This document shows positions 62,240-64,000 of a DNA stretch of 64,000 nucleotides, piece after piece. A program made the position numbers and the translations under genes. The DNA is taken from NCBI RefSeq assembly GCF_009914755.1, contig NC_060925.1; one strand, given 5' to 3'. Source of the stretch: the human T2T-CHM13v2.0 reference genome, Homo sapiens. Under the pieces are notes generated by a model, which worked only from the letters and a program-made list of their open reading frames with translations, was not told the origin of the DNA and searched no databases. The first letter of the stretch is position 1. Each line of letters begins with the position of its first letter.

Positions 62240-64000
62240 TATTTATACTCAGAATCTAGGATCACCAGTACAATGTTGAATAGAGGTGATGAACACACAC
62301 ATTCCTTACTTGTCCTAATCTATGTAGTTTAAATATTTACACTTTCACCATTAAATATAATGTTTATATGTCTTGTTGTGGATGCTTTCCATCACTTTGA
62401 GAAAATTTCCTTTTCTAGCTTGATGAGAGTTTTTTTTAAATCAGCAATAGATATTTCTCCAAAGAAAATATCCAAATGACCAACAGATACATGAAAAAAT
62501 GCTCAGCATCACTAATCATCAGGGAAATACAAATCAAAACCACAAAGAGATATTGCCTCAAACCTGTTAGAATGGTCTTATTAAAAGAAAAAGATAACGA
62601 GTGTTAACAATGGGGAGAAATTGGAACACTTCTACAGTGTTTCTGGGAAAGTAAAACTGTGCAGCCCCTATGGAAAACAGTACGGTGGTTCCTCAAAAAA
62701 ATTAAGAAACTAGAACTACCATATGATCTAGCAATCCACTTAAGGTTATTTCTCTGAAAGAATTGAGATTGGGATGATTCTCAGGCTCATTGCAGCATTA
62801 TTTACACTAATCAAAATGTGGAAATGAGGTTAATGTCTATTAGCAGATGAATAGATAAAGAAAATGTGGTATATTCATACAACGGAATATTATTCAGCTT
62901 TAAAACAAGAAAGCCCGGCAATATGCAACATGGATGAACCTAGAGGGCATTAATGCTAAGTAAAGTAAATCAGTCACAGAAGGACAAACTGTATGATTCC
63001 ACTTGTATAAACTATCTAAGATAGCCAAATTCATTAGAATCACAGATTAGAATGGTGATAGCTCTTTAAGTTGAAATCAATTTTGCATTCCTGGGTTTTG
63101 TAGTTTTGCTATCAGGATTCTGACACATAAAAAAAGTTTGGAATTTCCCACTTCTTTGTTTCTGAAATAATTTAAAAATTTTATTTTTTTAAACCTTTGA
63201 AAGAATTCACCAGCAAAACTCTTTGGATCTGGAGTTTGCTTATTTTTTTATTTCTTTAGTTTTATGTGCAGGTATTTGACAATTAATTTAATTACTTTAA
63301 TAAATGTCAATTATTTCATATGTTCCATTTAATCTTGTGAATTTTTTTATAAGTTTTTTTCAAGGAATTCACCTTTTCATCCAAGTAATGAAAATTAGTA
63401 TAAAATGTTTCACATTATTCCATTATCTTGTTAATGTCTCTTGTGTCTACAACTGTACAGTCTCATTAATCCATGATATTTATAATTTGTGTTTTCTTTC
63501 TTTCTCACAGAGCTAAGTTTTGGTCATGATGATTTTCTTCTGTTTCTGTTTTTTGTCTCATTGATTTCTAATTTCTGTTTTATTTCTTTTCTTCTACTTG
63601 TTTTGGACTTAATTTGCTCTCTTGTTTTAGATTTTCTTTTTAAGGTAGAAAATTAGTTCACTTGTTTTGAACTTCTCTTTTTTAGAATAAGCATTTATAC
63701 AAAAAATTTACTCTGGGTCTGCTTAACTTTATCCCATACATTTTGATATAGTATATTTTTATTTGTATTCACTTCAATGTATTTAAAGGTGTTTCTTATG
63801 ATTTCTTCCTTGAGCTAAAGGGCATTTTAAGATGTATTTAAATCTTCCAATAGTGTAGACTTTCCTGGGTAGCTTGTTTTTACCCATTTCAACTCATTTT
63901 CATTATGGTCAGAAAGCATACTTTCTATAATTACAGTGTTTTGAAACTTCTTGAGAGATATTTTGTGGTCTATAGCCTATTGATAAATGTTTCATGTGTA
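62240..64000. mobile_element. Old L1M fragments: minus-strand ORF2 remnant interrupted by a plus-strand L1M 3' piece (~62445-63060)
   Basis: CATCACTAATCATCAGGGAAATACAAATCAAAACCAC and ATGGATGAACCTAGAGG on the plus strand; T-rich antisense ORF2 on both sides. Confidence 0.75.

Overview
This is primate (human or great-ape type) genomic DNA, not prokaryotic, and nearly all of it is decayed transposable elements. No intact protein-coding gene is supported: the ORF-track hits are broken L1/HERV-K frames or chance frames in Alus, LTRs and tandem repeats. From left to right: an old L1M with a 62-bp L1-derived tandem repeat at the window edge; an MLT1 (MaLR) element; a complete MER57-type ERV1 provirus (9841-24216; GAAC TSD, perfect tRNA-Leu PBS) holding a MER52 LTR, a full-length L1PA2/3 and a ~38-copy 35-bp satellite; an LTR6B-like solo LTR; a CpG-island promoter (~27600-28130) with a minus-strand first exon of a probable lncRNA/pseudogene; an L1MA; a minus-strand ERV1 internal block holding a spliced L1PA7 (SpIRE-type); a complex rearrangement junction at ~48050-48690; a HERV-K(HML-3) nested in another HERV-K; and older LTR/L1 debris. 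The mosaic looks like a pericentromeric or acrocentric segmental-duplication block (inference). I found no new gene system. The best observations are the spliced L1, tandem arrays born from TE sequence, and a fold-back/templated junction. Repeat family names come from recalled consensus sequences and need RepeatMasker/Dfam confirmation; unmarked boundaries are approximate.
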